Shown: positions 9,727 to 19,959, numbered from the stretch's first letter. The stretch: 57,924 bases of DNA from Candidatus Hodarchaeota archaeon (GCA_029856365.1 JAHQWW010000011.1:1-57924); one strand, 5' to 3'. Notes: generated by a model from the sequence alone, not told the origin. Numbers and translations: made by a program.

Positions 9727-10680
9727 TTATCCTCGGTTTACAAGTGTTATCCCAGTAATTATTAGCAAAATCGATGAAATATGTATTAATGGGTCAAAAA
9801 TTTCTCCTAAGAGAATAACAGAAAGACCGACTCCAAAAATTGGCACTAAATTTTGAAAGATTGCTGCACGACTTGCGGAAAGTCTTTTCACACCTTCAAG
9901 ATAAAACCAATACCCTATGAGTGTAGAAAGAAATGCAAGATATCCGATACCAAACCAAACTCTTCCAGGAACTTGAAAATAAAGAATTGGATTGATATAT
10001 TCGGGATTTACTAAGAGTGCCACTGGAATAGTAGTCAAAAAGCCAAAAAAAGAAACCCATGTGACGATATATAAAGAGGAAGGCTGATAGGAGTTATTTT
10101 CACATTTATTCAAGAAGTATCGCGAGATTACAATGTATAATGCGTAAGAAATAGCTGCAAGGAAAATCAGAATATCACCAAATATTCGATTCAGAACCTC
10201 TTCGTTGGGAGAGAAAACAAAGATCAGGACAACTCCCGAAAAGGACAATAAAGTTCCAAAAATTCTCATACGACTCAGATCTTCCATTTTTAATAGTAAA
10301 CTAGCAAAGATTATTACCAGAGTAGGATGACTACTTACAATGACGACAGCATCACTAGAGGAGGTAAAATATTCACCAACCAAGTACCCTGCTTGGTAAA
10401 TGGTCACAGATGTTATTCCCATAAAAACAAGGATTTTCCAATGGTTTTTTACAAAATTAATGTTTAGATTCTCTTCTCGAATTTTAAGTATAAGGAAAAA
10501 AAAGGGGATTACAAGTAGATATCGGAGGCCAGCTATAACCATCGGAGGGATTGTTTCTCCACCCACTTCGGGGGATACTAACCAGCGGCCTAAGGGCCAT
10601 GTTCCAGCCCAAATGAGAGCAGTTACAAATAATAAGAGATATGCCACTATTTCATACTTTCTTTCTATAGTGATCTCCAC
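9727..10680 (-). CDS. DMT/EamA family transporter
   Basis: About 10 TM with an internal duplication, IWAGTW, and a C-terminal LVPIFGV..LLGE. GTG start with GAGGA upstream. Confidence 0.88.
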   Translation of the reverse strand: MEITIERKYEIVAYLLLFVTALIWAGTWPLGRWLVSPEVGGETIPPMVIAGLRYLLVIPFFFLILKIREENLNINFVKNHWKILVFMGITSVTIYQAGYLVGEYFTSSSDAVVIVSSHPTLVIIFASLLLKMEDLSRMRIFGTLLSFSGVVLIFVFSPNEEVLNRIFGDILIFLAAISYALYIVISRYFLNKCENNSYQPSSLYIVTWVSFFGFLTTIPVALLVNPEYINPILYFQVPGRVWFGIGYLAFLSTLIGYWFYLEGVKRLSASRAAIFQNLVPIFGVGLSVILLGEIFDPLIHISSILLIITGITLVNRG

Positions 10681-10759
10681 AGATAATCCTCATTTTTCGA
10701 TAATAAACTATTTTTTGCTTAATAAGTTGATATGTCTAAGGTTTTCTACACAATTCTAA

Positions 10760-10855
10760 CAGTTGTAATACAAGCTCAAGTAGATAGTCCGGTTATGAGT
10801 TAAGTGTAGGTAAAGGAATAGTGAAAACCAACTCATAAGGACAATCTTACAGCTG
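10760..10855. repeat. Long imperfect inverted repeat (structured element)
   Basis: GATAGTCCGGTTATGAGTT pairs with AACTCATAAGGACAATC. Outer arms CAGTTGTAA and TTACAGCTG also pair. Confidence 0.6.
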
Positions 10856-10877
10856 AAAAGTTTCTTCTTAGTTGTTT

Positions 10878-13421
10878 TCAAAGTTTTTTCTTATATCTCT
10901 TTATTGTACCGATAGTTGTTACCGAGATGAGAATAAGTATAAAAGGAGAGTAGGAAGCATAGGCATCAGTAAGTAGTGGGGGACTGTTATCGATGTCAAA
11001 TCCTCTCATTTCTTCCCTATAAGATGATGTTAAACCATGAGAACATGTAGCGTTTATCATTAAGTAATAACGACCATCTATTACATTTGTTGTATCCCAA
11101 TCATAAGAAGTAGTTGTTAACTCTGAGGTGATTTCAGTCCAGTTCTGCTCATCCCAACCAAACTCAGCCTGTAAATAATAGAGTGAATAAGTGACTTTAT
11201 GACCTTCAGTATCAAGTGACTTAAGCCATTGGATTGTAATGGTACCATTAATTTTGGTTTGCAGCCATTCTTCTGGGTTTGCTGGATCCCAACTAGTGGG
11301 AAAGGTGATTATTGGGCTTGTCAGATAATGAATAGAACTATAGTCGTTGCAAGGTGTTGTATGTGGATTCTCATCATAATTGTATACATCATCATAATCG
11401 GATTGACCAACTCTCCCAACTTTCAATTTATAGTCAACAATATTATCCTCATTCTCATCTGGGAATCGATAATTATCCCAGAAATTATGATCAAACTGAT
11501 AGCAGGGACCATCACAATATGCTTGGTAGAATTCTCCCCATAAATAATAGTTATTTCCGATAAAATCATTCAGGTTAATAATATTACTTTCCAGAACTGG
11601 GTCAACAGATTCAATCCAATAACAACCAGAAATACCATATTCTCTGTTATGATAGACAATATTATTAGAAATTATGTTCCCAGCTGAATAACTAATGTCA
11701 ATTCCAGTTCCATTATTGTCATAAATAATATTGAATCTGATTGTGGAGTCGTTAAGAGAATCGATATCAATCCCATATTCATTTGAAAAAACGAAATTAG
11801 AAGTTAGGTTACACCCATTTGATCCGCTATGAAGATGGATTCCATAATCACTTTCATAATAGGATTGGTTACCATTATTAAAAATATTGTTACTTACAAT
11901 CGTGGTATATGAAGAATGTTCAATATCTATTCCATCTCTACCGTTGTTATAGATGTCACTGTTTGAAATGGTAGAATTTTGGATATGATTGAAGTAAATT
12001 CCAATTTCGTGGTTAAAAGAACTGTTTATATTTGTGAGAGTGTAGTTATAGGGTCCAGAATATCCACTAATAGCTAAACCAGTGTATTTATTGTTTATTG
12101 TTTTTATATTATGAAGTGAGCTATGATTACAATCATCGAGACGTATTCCACTTCCATCATTATCGAAGGTGAAAATATCAGATAGAATACTATTGCTAGA
12201 TAAACGAATATAAAACCCAGCTCCGTTGTTTTTAGAGCTAGTTATCTTTGAGAATATACTATTCCCACATTCAGAAAAGTATATGCCAGTTCCATCATTT
12301 TTAGAGCAAATAATGTTAGAGAAGGTGTTATTCCCAGAATCTGAGATATAATTTGCGTGATCTGAAGAGTATTCATATTTGTTGTTCCCAGTACTATTTA
12401 TGTTTTTCATCACACAATTTTCGCAACTCCAAAGATAGAATCCTTCTTCCCAATTATTATAGATGGTAAGATTTGATAGGGTACAATTCTCAGATTGACT
12501 CATTACGATGCCATGTTGTTTATTATCAAAGATAACATTATTCTTTATTGAATTATTTTCAGATATAGAAGAATAGATTCCATGATCATTATTGTTAAAA
12601 ATAAAATTATCTGTAAAAGTGCAATTTCTTGAGTCGTCAATATCCAATCCTGCTCTATATCCATTATTATAAATACTATTATCGGAAATAGTGCAATTTC
12701 TTGATTTCCAAATTGCCACACCCTCCGAACTTGCATTACAAACTATATTGAAAATTATATGATTATTTTCCGTCTGTTCGAGTTTGATTCCCATTTCCAA
12801 GCACGTTGTATTTACAAGATTTGTAGAAATAATATTGTTACTTGAATTACTTTGAAGAACAATCCCATAGTCAGTATTATTAAAAATAATATTGTTGTAA
12901 ATATACCCGTGACTCACATTTTCAAGATAAATTCCTCTAGTACCATTATGCAATAGGCAATTGGTAATATTGAAGTAAACATCAGTATTTCTTATATCTA
13001 TTAAGAATTTAGAACCAGTGGGGTCTGTAATATTTTTATTATCAATACTGTACGGCTTTACTGGGCTTCCATCGCCAGGAAAGGCTTCAAAATCGGTATT
13101 ACCGTTGATAATTATCGGAGAGGAAATTTCGTAAGATGAGGGCTCAGTGATAGAGACAACTTTATAATTTGGTAGTTTAATCAACTTTGATTTGACAATT
13201 TGAACGTCTTTTTTTCCAGGAGTATTTTCAGAGGAGGATTCGAGATTTTCATAAACTTTTGCTAAATGATCATTCAATTGGGCGGATTGGGCTGTTTGAT
13301 CAGAGTTAACAACCCACATACCCGAACTAGAAACAGGTATAACAAGTAGTAGTAGTAATAGGAGCACCCCTGTTCCAAATAAATGGATTCTAGTGGAACT
13401 TCTTCTAAGTTGAGTCAACAT
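10878..13421 (-). CDS. Secreted right-handed parallel beta-helix (NosD/PbH1) surface protein with Fn3/Ig-like domain and C-terminal anchor
   Basis: Signal peptide, many Asn-rich GI-x-L..S.N..I.NN coils, then TITIQW..YSLYY..YDWDTT, ending SPFILILISVTTIGTIKRYKKKL. Confidence 0.85.
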   Translation of the reverse strand: MLTQLRRSSTRIHLFGTGVLLLLLLLVIPVSSSGMWVVNSDQTAQSAQLNDHLAKVYENLESSSENTPGKKDVQIVKSKLIKLPNYKVVSITEPSSYEISSPIIINGNTDFEAFPGDGSPVKPYSIDNKNITDPTGSKFLIDIRNTDVYFNITNCLLHNGTRGIYLENVSHGYIYNNIIFNNTDYGIVLQSNSSNNIISTNLVNTTCLEMGIKLEQTENNHIIFNIVCNASSEGVAIWKSRNCTISDNSIYNNGYRAGLDIDDSRNCTFTDNFIFNNNDHGIYSSISENNSIKNNVIFDNKQHGIVMSQSENCTLSNLTIYNNWEEGFYLWSCENCVMKNINSTGNNKYEYSSDHANYISDSGNNTFSNIICSKNDGTGIYFSECGNSIFSKITSSKNNGAGFYIRLSSNSILSDIFTFDNDGSGIRLDDCNHSSLHNIKTINNKYTGLAISGYSGPYNYTLTNINSSFNHEIGIYFNHIQNSTISNSDIYNNGRDGIDIEHSSYTTIVSNNIFNNGNQSYYESDYGIHLHSGSNGCNLTSNFVFSNEYGIDIDSLNDSTIRFNIIYDNNGTGIDISYSAGNIISNNIVYHNREYGISGCYWIESVDPVLESNIINLNDFIGNNYYLWGEFYQAYCDGPCYQFDHNFWDNYRFPDENEDNIVDYKLKVGRVGQSDYDDVYNYDENPHTTPCNDYSSIHYLTSPIITFPTSWDPANPEEWLQTKINGTITIQWLKSLDTEGHKVTYSLYYLQAEFGWDEQNWTEITSELTTTSYDWDTTNVIDGRYYLMINATCSHGLTSSYREEMRGFDIDNSPPLLTDAYASYSPFILILISVTTIGTIKRYKKKL

Positions 13422-13599
13422 ATACGTCCAAATCTCTTCTGTACGGCTTTTTTTCGTCTGAAAGAATTCAACCCAATAACCACCTAAAAGAAGATTAAAA
13501 ACATTTTCATTTTTAGTCAGAGATCTTCCATTCCAATTGGTTATTTGTCATTACCAGCTCAATTAGTTTATATGTTACATAAACATTATTTTAGGCAAT

Positions 13600-13669
13600 A
13601 AGTAATATTTTAGGAGTATTTTAATAATAATTATTTGAACTAGTTATCAATTTTCTTAAAATATTACTT
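13600..13669. promoter_or_regulatory. Inverted repeat with 13-bp perfect arms in a divergent promoter region
   Basis: AAGTAATATTTTA (13600-13612) and TAAAATATTACTT (13657-13669). Confidence 0.4.
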
Positions 13670-13840
13670 TTAATTAGAGAATCTGATTTTACAATAGATG
13701 AAAAGGTTATTCAAGATGACATGAGGAATAATTACTTTCATCATTAAAGAGAAAAAATTTAAGTAACATCTAATCAATGATTCGACTGTTGAAAGAATCT
13801 AATAAAATGGAGTCGTATTTTCAATAAGAAGAAGTGAATT

Positions 13841-14704
13841 GTGCTGGTTTCCATTTATACCAAAGTGGGCTTGGCTTTATTTGCTTTAGGGTTTGTTATA
13901 ATTATTATGACCTCTTTACTCCGTTTCCCAATACCTTTTATCGTTGGAAAATATGGTCAATCCATATCAATGGAACCTATCCCAATTAATGGTAGTTATG
14001 TTGATATCCAGATCCCTGGGAGTTATTCTCATCCATTCAGTAATATGCAGATGACTATCAGAAGTACTATCTTAGGTGAACCTGATGAAGAGCTCCATGG
14101 AAATGTTAAATTATTATATTCAAATCCAGGAAAAGGAATTTTTGGTGAACTCCCCAGTTGGGGTGATCCTTCATTTTATTTAAACAGTATGGATACAGGT
14201 AGTAAGCAACAAATAACTACATATATGTCGTTAAACCAGAAATATGCTTCAAGTAGTTTCAGTCTATATTTACGATTTAAATGCGATCTTGCATCTAATC
14301 CCGACGTTAAGTATACTGGTTCTCTTTATTTGGAAAAGTGTGAAATGGAAGTCATTTATACTCTTTTTGCAATGGTTCTCCCTCCAATTAGTGCACTCAT
14401 TGGTTCAGTAGTCTGTATTGGAGGTTTTATCATAAATTACAGGAGACTTGCAGCCAGACCCAAACCAAGAGAAGTGCCAAGTGGTTGGGAACCGTCTTTG
14501 AAAATAGGGACAGCATTTGAGGCCAAGGAAAAGAAAGCTCCAAAGATGGCAATAACACCTACTAAATCAGAAGAAAAACCTGCAAAAACAGTAGCTAAAA
14601 AAGCTGTTCCCAAAGCAGGTCCTCAACAGGCTTGTAAATACTGTGGTAAAAGTGTTTCCGCCTCAGCTTTTTTCTGTCCACATTGTTATGGTAAATTACG
14701 TTAA
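13841..14704 (+). CDS. Two-TM membrane protein with extracellular domain and C-terminal zinc ribbon
   Basis: TM near residues 10-30 and 175-200, a Lys/Pro/Ala-rich linker, and CKYCGKSVSASAFFCPHCYGKL. Confidence 0.75.
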   Translation: MLVSIYTKVGLALFALGFVIIIMTSLLRFPIPFIVGKYGQSISMEPIPINGSYVDIQIPGSYSHPFSNMQMTIRSTILGEPDEELHGNVKLLYSNPGKGIFGELPSWGDPSFYLNSMDTGSKQQITTYMSLNQKYASSSFSLYLRFKCDLASNPDVKYTGSLYLEKCEMEVIYTLFAMVLPPISALIGSVVCIGGFIINYRRLAARPKPREVPSGWEPSLKIGTAFEAKEKKAPKMAITPTKSEEKPAKTVAKKAVPKAGPQQACKYCGKSVSASAFFCPHCYGKLR

Positions 14705-14784
14705 CAGACTTAAATTTGAAAGAATTGAAGTGTTTATAGACTTATTATAAGAGTATTCTAGAAACTTATCATCATGGTGATTTA

Positions 14785-15606
14785 TTGGGGTGCACAATAG
14801 GCGCGAAACTCTTTAATGATAAGCAAATCCTGATTGTGTTTAAAAATAAAGACTTTAAAGTTAAAAGTCACACCGATGAACTCGCCTTTGAACATTCTCA
14901 TGCGTTCGGTGTTCAGGGTGTGAATCTTCGTACTAAGAAAACGGCCGGTTTTTCGATTGGAGTCAATCAACATGGTCTTGTGGCTGTAAACTCAAACATA
15001 TTAGCTACTCCAGATTCCCCTTATGATTTGATTACTGAACGTATTGTTTTGGAAGCTAAGACTATTGATGAAACAGTTAAAATCTGTGAACGAGAGGTTA
15101 AAGGCAGGAAGGATTATCAATGGTGTAATATGGTTGTAGCAACTCCAGAACAGCTAGTTGCCCTTGAACTTACATCATCTGAGTTAGCTACTGCACAATC
15201 AAATGATTACTTGGTTCGAACAAATCATCACATAATCCTGAAGACCAATGAAGATATAATTGATGCTGATCCTGATAAAAACAGGCAAAATATCGAACAT
15301 AGTAAAATTCGTTTTAACAACACCAATAAAATACTTAAAGTTGCTTCTGATGTCAAGGATATATTCTCTCTTTTAAAATCACACCATGAAGCTGCGATAT
15401 GTCGACATGGCCAATCCTCCACTCAAGATCTTTCATATACAACTGTTTACAGCTATTTGATTACTATCCATATCGAGAAAAGTCCTAAAATAGTGTTCAA
15501 TGTAGCAAAAGGACCTCCTTGTCAACACAGATTTGTTAGATTCAATATAGAATTTCCATTGATTACAGAGAAGTGTAAACAAATTAAGCAGTATTACCCT
15601 TTTTAA
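14785..15606 (+). CDS. Ntn-hydrolase (peptidase C45/C69-like, Cys nucleophile)
   Basis: N-terminal GCTIG..FKNKD, GVNQHGL, RTNH, and the late ICRH and GPPC motifs. Confidence 0.75.
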   Translation: MGCTIGAKLFNDKQILIVFKNKDFKVKSHTDELAFEHSHAFGVQGVNLRTKKTAGFSIGVNQHGLVAVNSNILATPDSPYDLITERIVLEAKTIDETVKICEREVKGRKDYQWCNMVVATPEQLVALELTSSELATAQSNDYLVRTNHHIILKTNEDIIDADPDKNRQNIEHSKIRFNNTNKILKVASDVKDIFSLLKSHHEAAICRHGQSSTQDLSYTTVYSYLITIHIEKSPKIVFNVAKGPPCQHRFVRFNIEFPLITEKCKQIKQYYPF

Positions 15607-15636
15607 GAATAGCGTCATTAATTTCTTTAAGATCTG

Positions 15637-17064
15637 TTAATCATAAAGTGGGGGCCAGTTATCATAATGAAATATCCGACCTATCTCTTTATCAACTCTT
15701 TCAAAACCATGTGCTCCAAAATAATCTCTCTGAGCCTGAATCAGATTCGCGGGTAATGAAGGATTCCTATAACTATCATAATAGGACAAGGTGGACGATA
15801 AGGCTGGAACAGGTATTCCATTCTTCACAGCTAATGTAACTATATATCTCCAGTCTTTTTGATTATTTTTAATAACATTAGAAAAATAGGAATCTAAAAG
15901 AAGATTATCGAGATTTTTATTGTGTTGGAAAGCACTTTCAATCTGTTCTAAGAGGTGAGAACGTATAATGCAACCTTTACGCCATATATGAGCAATGTTT
16001 TTCAGGTTTAATTGCCATTTGTATTCTTCTGAAGCTGCTTTAAGTAGTGAAAATCCTTGTGCGTAGGAACAAATCTTGGCAGCAAACAATGCTTTACGTG
16101 TTGCTTCAACCAATTTATTAATCTCTCCTGAGAAGTGAGGGATTGGGCCTTCTAATAGTTTGGAAGCTTTAAGTCTCTCATCTTTTTTGGATGAAATATT
16201 TCTTGCATATACAGCTTCTGTAATGCTTGGAATAGCTATTCCCATCTCTAATGCTTCTTGACTAGCCCATTTTCCAGTCCCTTTCTGTTTTGCAGTATCT
16301 AATATCACATCAATCAATGGTTTTCCTGTTTCTGGATCCTTTTCTGCAAGAATTTTACTAGTAATTTGAATTAAGTAAGAATTGAGATCCCCCTCATTCC
16401 ATTCAGCGAATAATTTTGCTAATTCGGATGATGTTATACCGAGAAGTTTCTTTAAGATAAAATATACTTCTGAAATTAATTGCATATAAGAGTATTCAAT
16501 ACCATTATGTACCATTTTAACATAGTGACCTGCTCCGTCAGAACCAATGTAAAAACAACATGGGTCTCCATTAATTTTTGCTGATATTTTTTGAAATAGT
16601 TTCTCCATTTGTTGCCAAGCTTTTATTGACCCACCAGGCATTATTGAAGGTCCTTTTAATACCCCCTCTTCGCCTCCAGAAAAACCCACTCCTAGATATT
16701 GAATTCCTTCATTTTCTAGTTTTTCAGATCTCCTGATTGTATCCCTAAAAAAGGAATTCCCCCCATCAATGATTATGTCTTCCGATTTTAACAATGGGAG
16801 GAGTTTTGAAATAAAATCGTCAACTGGTTTACCAGCTTTTATCAACAATATAATTATACGGGGTTGTTTTAAACTGTTGCAGAATTCATCTAAGGTATAA
16901 CAACCAATTATATTCTTGTCACGTCCTTTTCCATTAATAAATTCATTTAGTTTCTCTAAAGTCCTATTATATACTGCAACAGTATAGCCATTTCTTTCTA
17001 TATTCAAAACTAAATTTTGACCCATTACAGCTAGTCCAATAATACCGATATCTGATTTTATCAT
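15637..17064 (-). CDS. gnd: NADP-dependent 6-phosphogluconate dehydrogenase, decarboxylating
   Basis: GLAVMGQNL, YNRT, DGGNS, SGGEEG, KMVHNGIEY, QKGTGKW and LIQAQRDYFGAH. Confidence 0.97.
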   Translation of the reverse strand: MIKSDIGIIGLAVMGQNLVLNIERNGYTVAVYNRTLEKLNEFINGKGRDKNIIGCYTLDEFCNSLKQPRIIILLIKAGKPVDDFISKLLPLLKSEDIIIDGGNSFFRDTIRRSEKLENEGIQYLGVGFSGGEEGVLKGPSIMPGGSIKAWQQMEKLFQKISAKINGDPCCFYIGSDGAGHYVKMVHNGIEYSYMQLISEVYFILKKLLGITSSELAKLFAEWNEGDLNSYLIQITSKILAEKDPETGKPLIDVILDTAKQKGTGKWASQEALEMGIAIPSITEAVYARNISSKKDERLKASKLLEGPIPHFSGEINKLVEATRKALFAAKICSYAQGFSLLKAASEEYKWQLNLKNIAHIWRKGCIIRSHLLEQIESAFQHNKNLDNLLLDSYFSNVIKNNQKDWRYIVTLAVKNGIPVPALSSTLSYYDSYRNPSLPANLIQAQRDYFGAHGFERVDKEIGRIFHYDNWPPLYD

Positions 17065-17070
17065 TATAGT

Positions 17071-18348
17071 TCACATTTGCTTAAATCTTTCTTCAACTGT
17101 CCATAATCCAAGTGCTGGGTTTTTAATGAAAAAAACTGTTTCACCATTAGGAAGTTGATTAAATCCTTCGACTAATCTATCTGGGTCATAAGTATTTGAA
17201 ATTTCAGTAAAATCAGCATAATCATAATTAACACTTTCAATTTCGTTTTTACTGATATTCCTTGGACAATAAGTTATCTTGAATCTGTTCTCTGAAGACC
17301 CATGGATTAAGTGGGCAGCTGCAGAAAGATTCTGTTGTAAATCCTCATTCTTCATTACTGCATCAATAATCTCGCTGCTAGTGCAGTATCCATATTTTCT
17401 AATTATTTGATCGATGGCGTTATCTTCTCCAAACTGTCTCAGTCCTGGAGCAAGGATGATTAGTTCACCATCATCCTCAATGGCCATTCTTGTGCGATAT
17501 ATTGCTTTATTGCCTAACCATGTACTTTTAAACTCATTTGGATTGAGATAAACCACAATTTTACTTAATGGCTTTGTTAAGAAATTCAAATTTACCTTTT
17601 GGCTTAATTTTGCCGATTTTTTAAAAGGATGATCATTGTTACCTGTATATAATCCCTTTAAAATTATTTTACCAGAGTTTTTTGGGGTTACAACGGTTAG
17701 AATATATAATAATGGAATTTCTTTTAGAAAATTCGATTCTGCAAAATTAAAAAGCTGTCTGACTGGATTATCGATCTTTCCTATCATTCGTTCCATACCA
17801 TAACAAGCACCAAGAAAGTGACTTTTATTAATCATATCACTTCCACCAACTCCTACAAGTATATTTTTATTTCCATTGGCCATACCTGCCACTTCGTGGG
17901 GAACTACTTGACCTATTGAAAGAATTAAATCATAGTTTCCTTCTAGCAATTCCTTATTTATTTCAACAATTATTGGAAAATTTAATTTATCTTCAGATAG
18001 ATCTTCTACAATCTCTGAGGGTACTGTACCAACTTCGATGACATCTTTACGCCAATTATGTACAATGAAACTCTTTTTAGGAATACGACCAAACATATAT
18101 GAAGTTTCAGTGTCAGTAAGGGGTGAGTGAGTTCCTAGAGCTGGAATTATTTTCACTTTACAATCCTTTTTCAATAGCTCATACAAAATTTGAGTGATTT
18201 GCCCCCCCTTTGAATGATAACGGGTAAAATCAGGTGGAATCAAAAGAACTTTCTTTAATGAATAATCAATCTCACCTAGCAATTCCTCTAAAAAGGATTT
18301 CATGTGATTGTAACTGATCTCACTTTCTATTGATTCTAAACTCTTAAT
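17071..18348 (-). CDS. LarA-family (lactate racemase domain) alpha-hydroxy-acid epimerase, likely D-mannonate/D-gluconate 2-epimerase-like
   Basis: PPDFTRYHS, PALGTH, HNWR, GQVVPHEVAGMAN and STWLGNKAIYRTR. It lies between a sugar kinase and gnd. The track start is ATG 18303; the frame is open to ATT 18348, which has a GAGGCG RBS. Confidence 0.8.
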   Translation of the reverse strand: MKSLESIESEISYNHMKSFLEELLGEIDYSLKKVLLIPPDFTRYHSKGGQITQILYELLKKDCKVKIIPALGTHSPLTDTETSYMFGRIPKKSFIVHNWRKDVIEVGTVPSEIVEDLSEDKLNFPIIVEINKELLEGNYDLILSIGQVVPHEVAGMANGNKNILVGVGGSDMINKSHFLGACYGMERMIGKIDNPVRQLFNFAESNFLKEIPLLYILTVVTPKNSGKIILKGLYTGNNDHPFKKSAKLSQKVNLNFLTKPLSKIVVYLNPNEFKSTWLGNKAIYRTRMAIEDDGELIILAPGLRQFGEDNAIDQIIRKYGYCTSSEIIDAVMKNEDLQQNLSAAAHLIHGSSENRFKITYCPRNISKNEIESVNYDYADFTEISNTYDPDRLVEGFNQLPNGETVFFIKNPALGLWTVEERFKQM

Positions 18349-18366
18349 AATACTCGCCTCAGTATA

Positions 18367-19959
18367 TTAGCTTAATTTTTGTAGGTTTATTTCGTTCTCT
18401 GAATAACAAATTTCATATTTATTTGGGGAGTTATAAACTTCCATATATCTTCTATAAAGAGATGTGAGAAGCTTTTGCCTCTCTCCGCTTTCTGGTGAAA
18501 TTGGATCAAGAGTAGATACTTTTGGAATTTTTTCCCGAACTTTAATGTAGGTTAAAGCTCTCATACCAGTTGCCCATGCAATCGATTGCTCTGATTTCAT
18601 TATAACAATTCTTTTATTTATCAATGATGCCAAGAATTGTAAAAACAACCGAGATTTTTGAGTAATCAATCCTGTTAATCGAATCTCTTTGTAATTTGGA
18701 GGATCTAGCATTTCCAAATTATGCCGATACATATTCACAATACCGATAAGTAATGAAATATAGAGATCGATACAAGAGGGGAGATAACCTTTTTTAAAAA
18801 TAAACCCTCCTTTTATTTTTCCTCTTCCATTAGGTCCTCTAGGTTCTCCTTCAATGTATGGAAAGTATAAAGGAAGCCCTAATAAATATGATTCTAAACT
18901 AGTTGTCTTTTCTCTAAGTTTATTACTGGAATCGAGTTCTAATTTCTCAATGTTTAATTGATACTTTTCAATAAGGTAATTTTTAAACATAGATCCAAAG
19001 TTCCTCCCTAACCAATTAAAAGAGGTACCAACATTATTAAAAGGAATTAATTCTACCCATAAGCTCTCATTAATTTGACAACATTGAATTAATCGGCTAT
19101 TATACTCCTTTTTTGGAGTTTTCCTCAATCTTCTAAGTGCTCCTGTCGAACTTGCTGAACCTACAATAATGTCTTCATTTTCGACCCCAGTCGCCCAAAA
19201 TGCATCAATTCCATCAATTGTGCCTGTAACGACATATGTATCCTTAAAAGAATCTGAGAGTTGTTTGAGCTCTTTTTTAATAGGAAAAGTAGTACCTAAG
19301 GGAATTATTTTTGGTAAAATGTCTTTTTTTAACCCTACTTTCTGGATGAGTTCCAAATCCCAGTCCCTTTGTTTTAATGAATATAAACCAGTGTAAGAAG
19401 TGTTAGGGACTGTAGAAAAAATCTCATTTAATGGTAGATCAGTCATATTCCAAGAAAGATAATCATTAATTGTCGTAATTTTAAAGCAAGAGCTTAATAG
19501 GGTTTCTTCTTTAATTTTCAAAAGTTGAACATAAGGTAAAGCCCCACTGTATAGACTTCCTGTTCTTTCTTGGAAATCTATCGGTAAATACTTTACATAA
19601 TCCTGTGCACCTTGATAGGCATATGTATATGCGTTTACTAATGGTTGAGCTTCTTTGGATAACAATACAAGTGAGGGGCCAATGCTTGAGATAGATAGAG
19701 AAAAAATAGTTATTTTTGGAAATTTCTCTAATAAAAGAATTAGTTGATTTTCTAAACTTTCGTTTAAGTTGTTCGTATTAATTCTTTTTTCTTCATCCCA
19801 AATAAGATGGCCTTGTTCTTGAAGGGTAGTATAGGTCATTATTTGTTCGTTTACCTTTATTCCTTTGCTATTGAGAAGTAATAACCGTATTCCAGAACTA
19901 CCAACATCTATACCAACGGTACAATTAAAATTTTTTGAAGACTTCATTCTCTGATTCAC
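18367..19959 (-). CDS. FGGY-family carbohydrate kinase (gluconokinase-like)
   Basis: GIDVGSSG phosphate-1 motif, SYTGLY..W, GTIDG and PYIEGEPRGP. Start moved from 20052 to GTG 19959 (or ATG 19947) to remove a head-to-head overlap. Confidence 0.82.
   Translation of the reverse strand: MNQRMKSSKNFNCTVGIDVGSSGIRLLLLNSKGIKVNEQIMTYTTLQEQGHLIWDEEKRINTNNLNESLENQLILLLEKFPKITIFSLSISSIGPSLVLLSKEAQPLVNAYTYAYQGAQDYVKYLPIDFQERTGSLYSGALPYVQLLKIKEETLLSSCFKITTINDYLSWNMTDLPLNEIFSTVPNTSYTGLYSLKQRDWDLELIQKVGLKKDILPKIIPLGTTFPIKKELKQLSDSFKDTYVVTGTIDGIDAFWATGVENEDIIVGSASSTGALRRLRKTPKKEYNSRLIQCCQINESLWVELIPFNNVGTSFNWLGRNFGSMFKNYLIEKYQLNIEKLELDSSNKLREKTTSLESYLLGLPLYFPYIEGEPRGPNGRGKIKGGFIFKKGYLPSCIDLYISLLIGIVNMYRHNLEMLDPPNYKEIRLTGLITQKSRLFLQFLASLINKRIVIMKSEQSIAWATGMRALTYIKVREKIPKVSTLDPISPESGERQKLLTSLYRRYMEVYNSPNKYEICYSENEINLQKLS

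Noticed and set aside
10780-10850. Hairpin containing ATGA as a eukaryote-like SECIS element
   Set aside because: ATGAG pairs Watson-Crick with CTCAT, so there is no tandem G-A quartet, and neither neighbouring gene has an in-frame TGA.
11500-13000. Repetitive Asn-rich DNA as a CRISPR array or tandem repeat
   Set aside because: The periodicity is at protein level (beta-helix coils); there are no identical nucleotide repeats with spacers.
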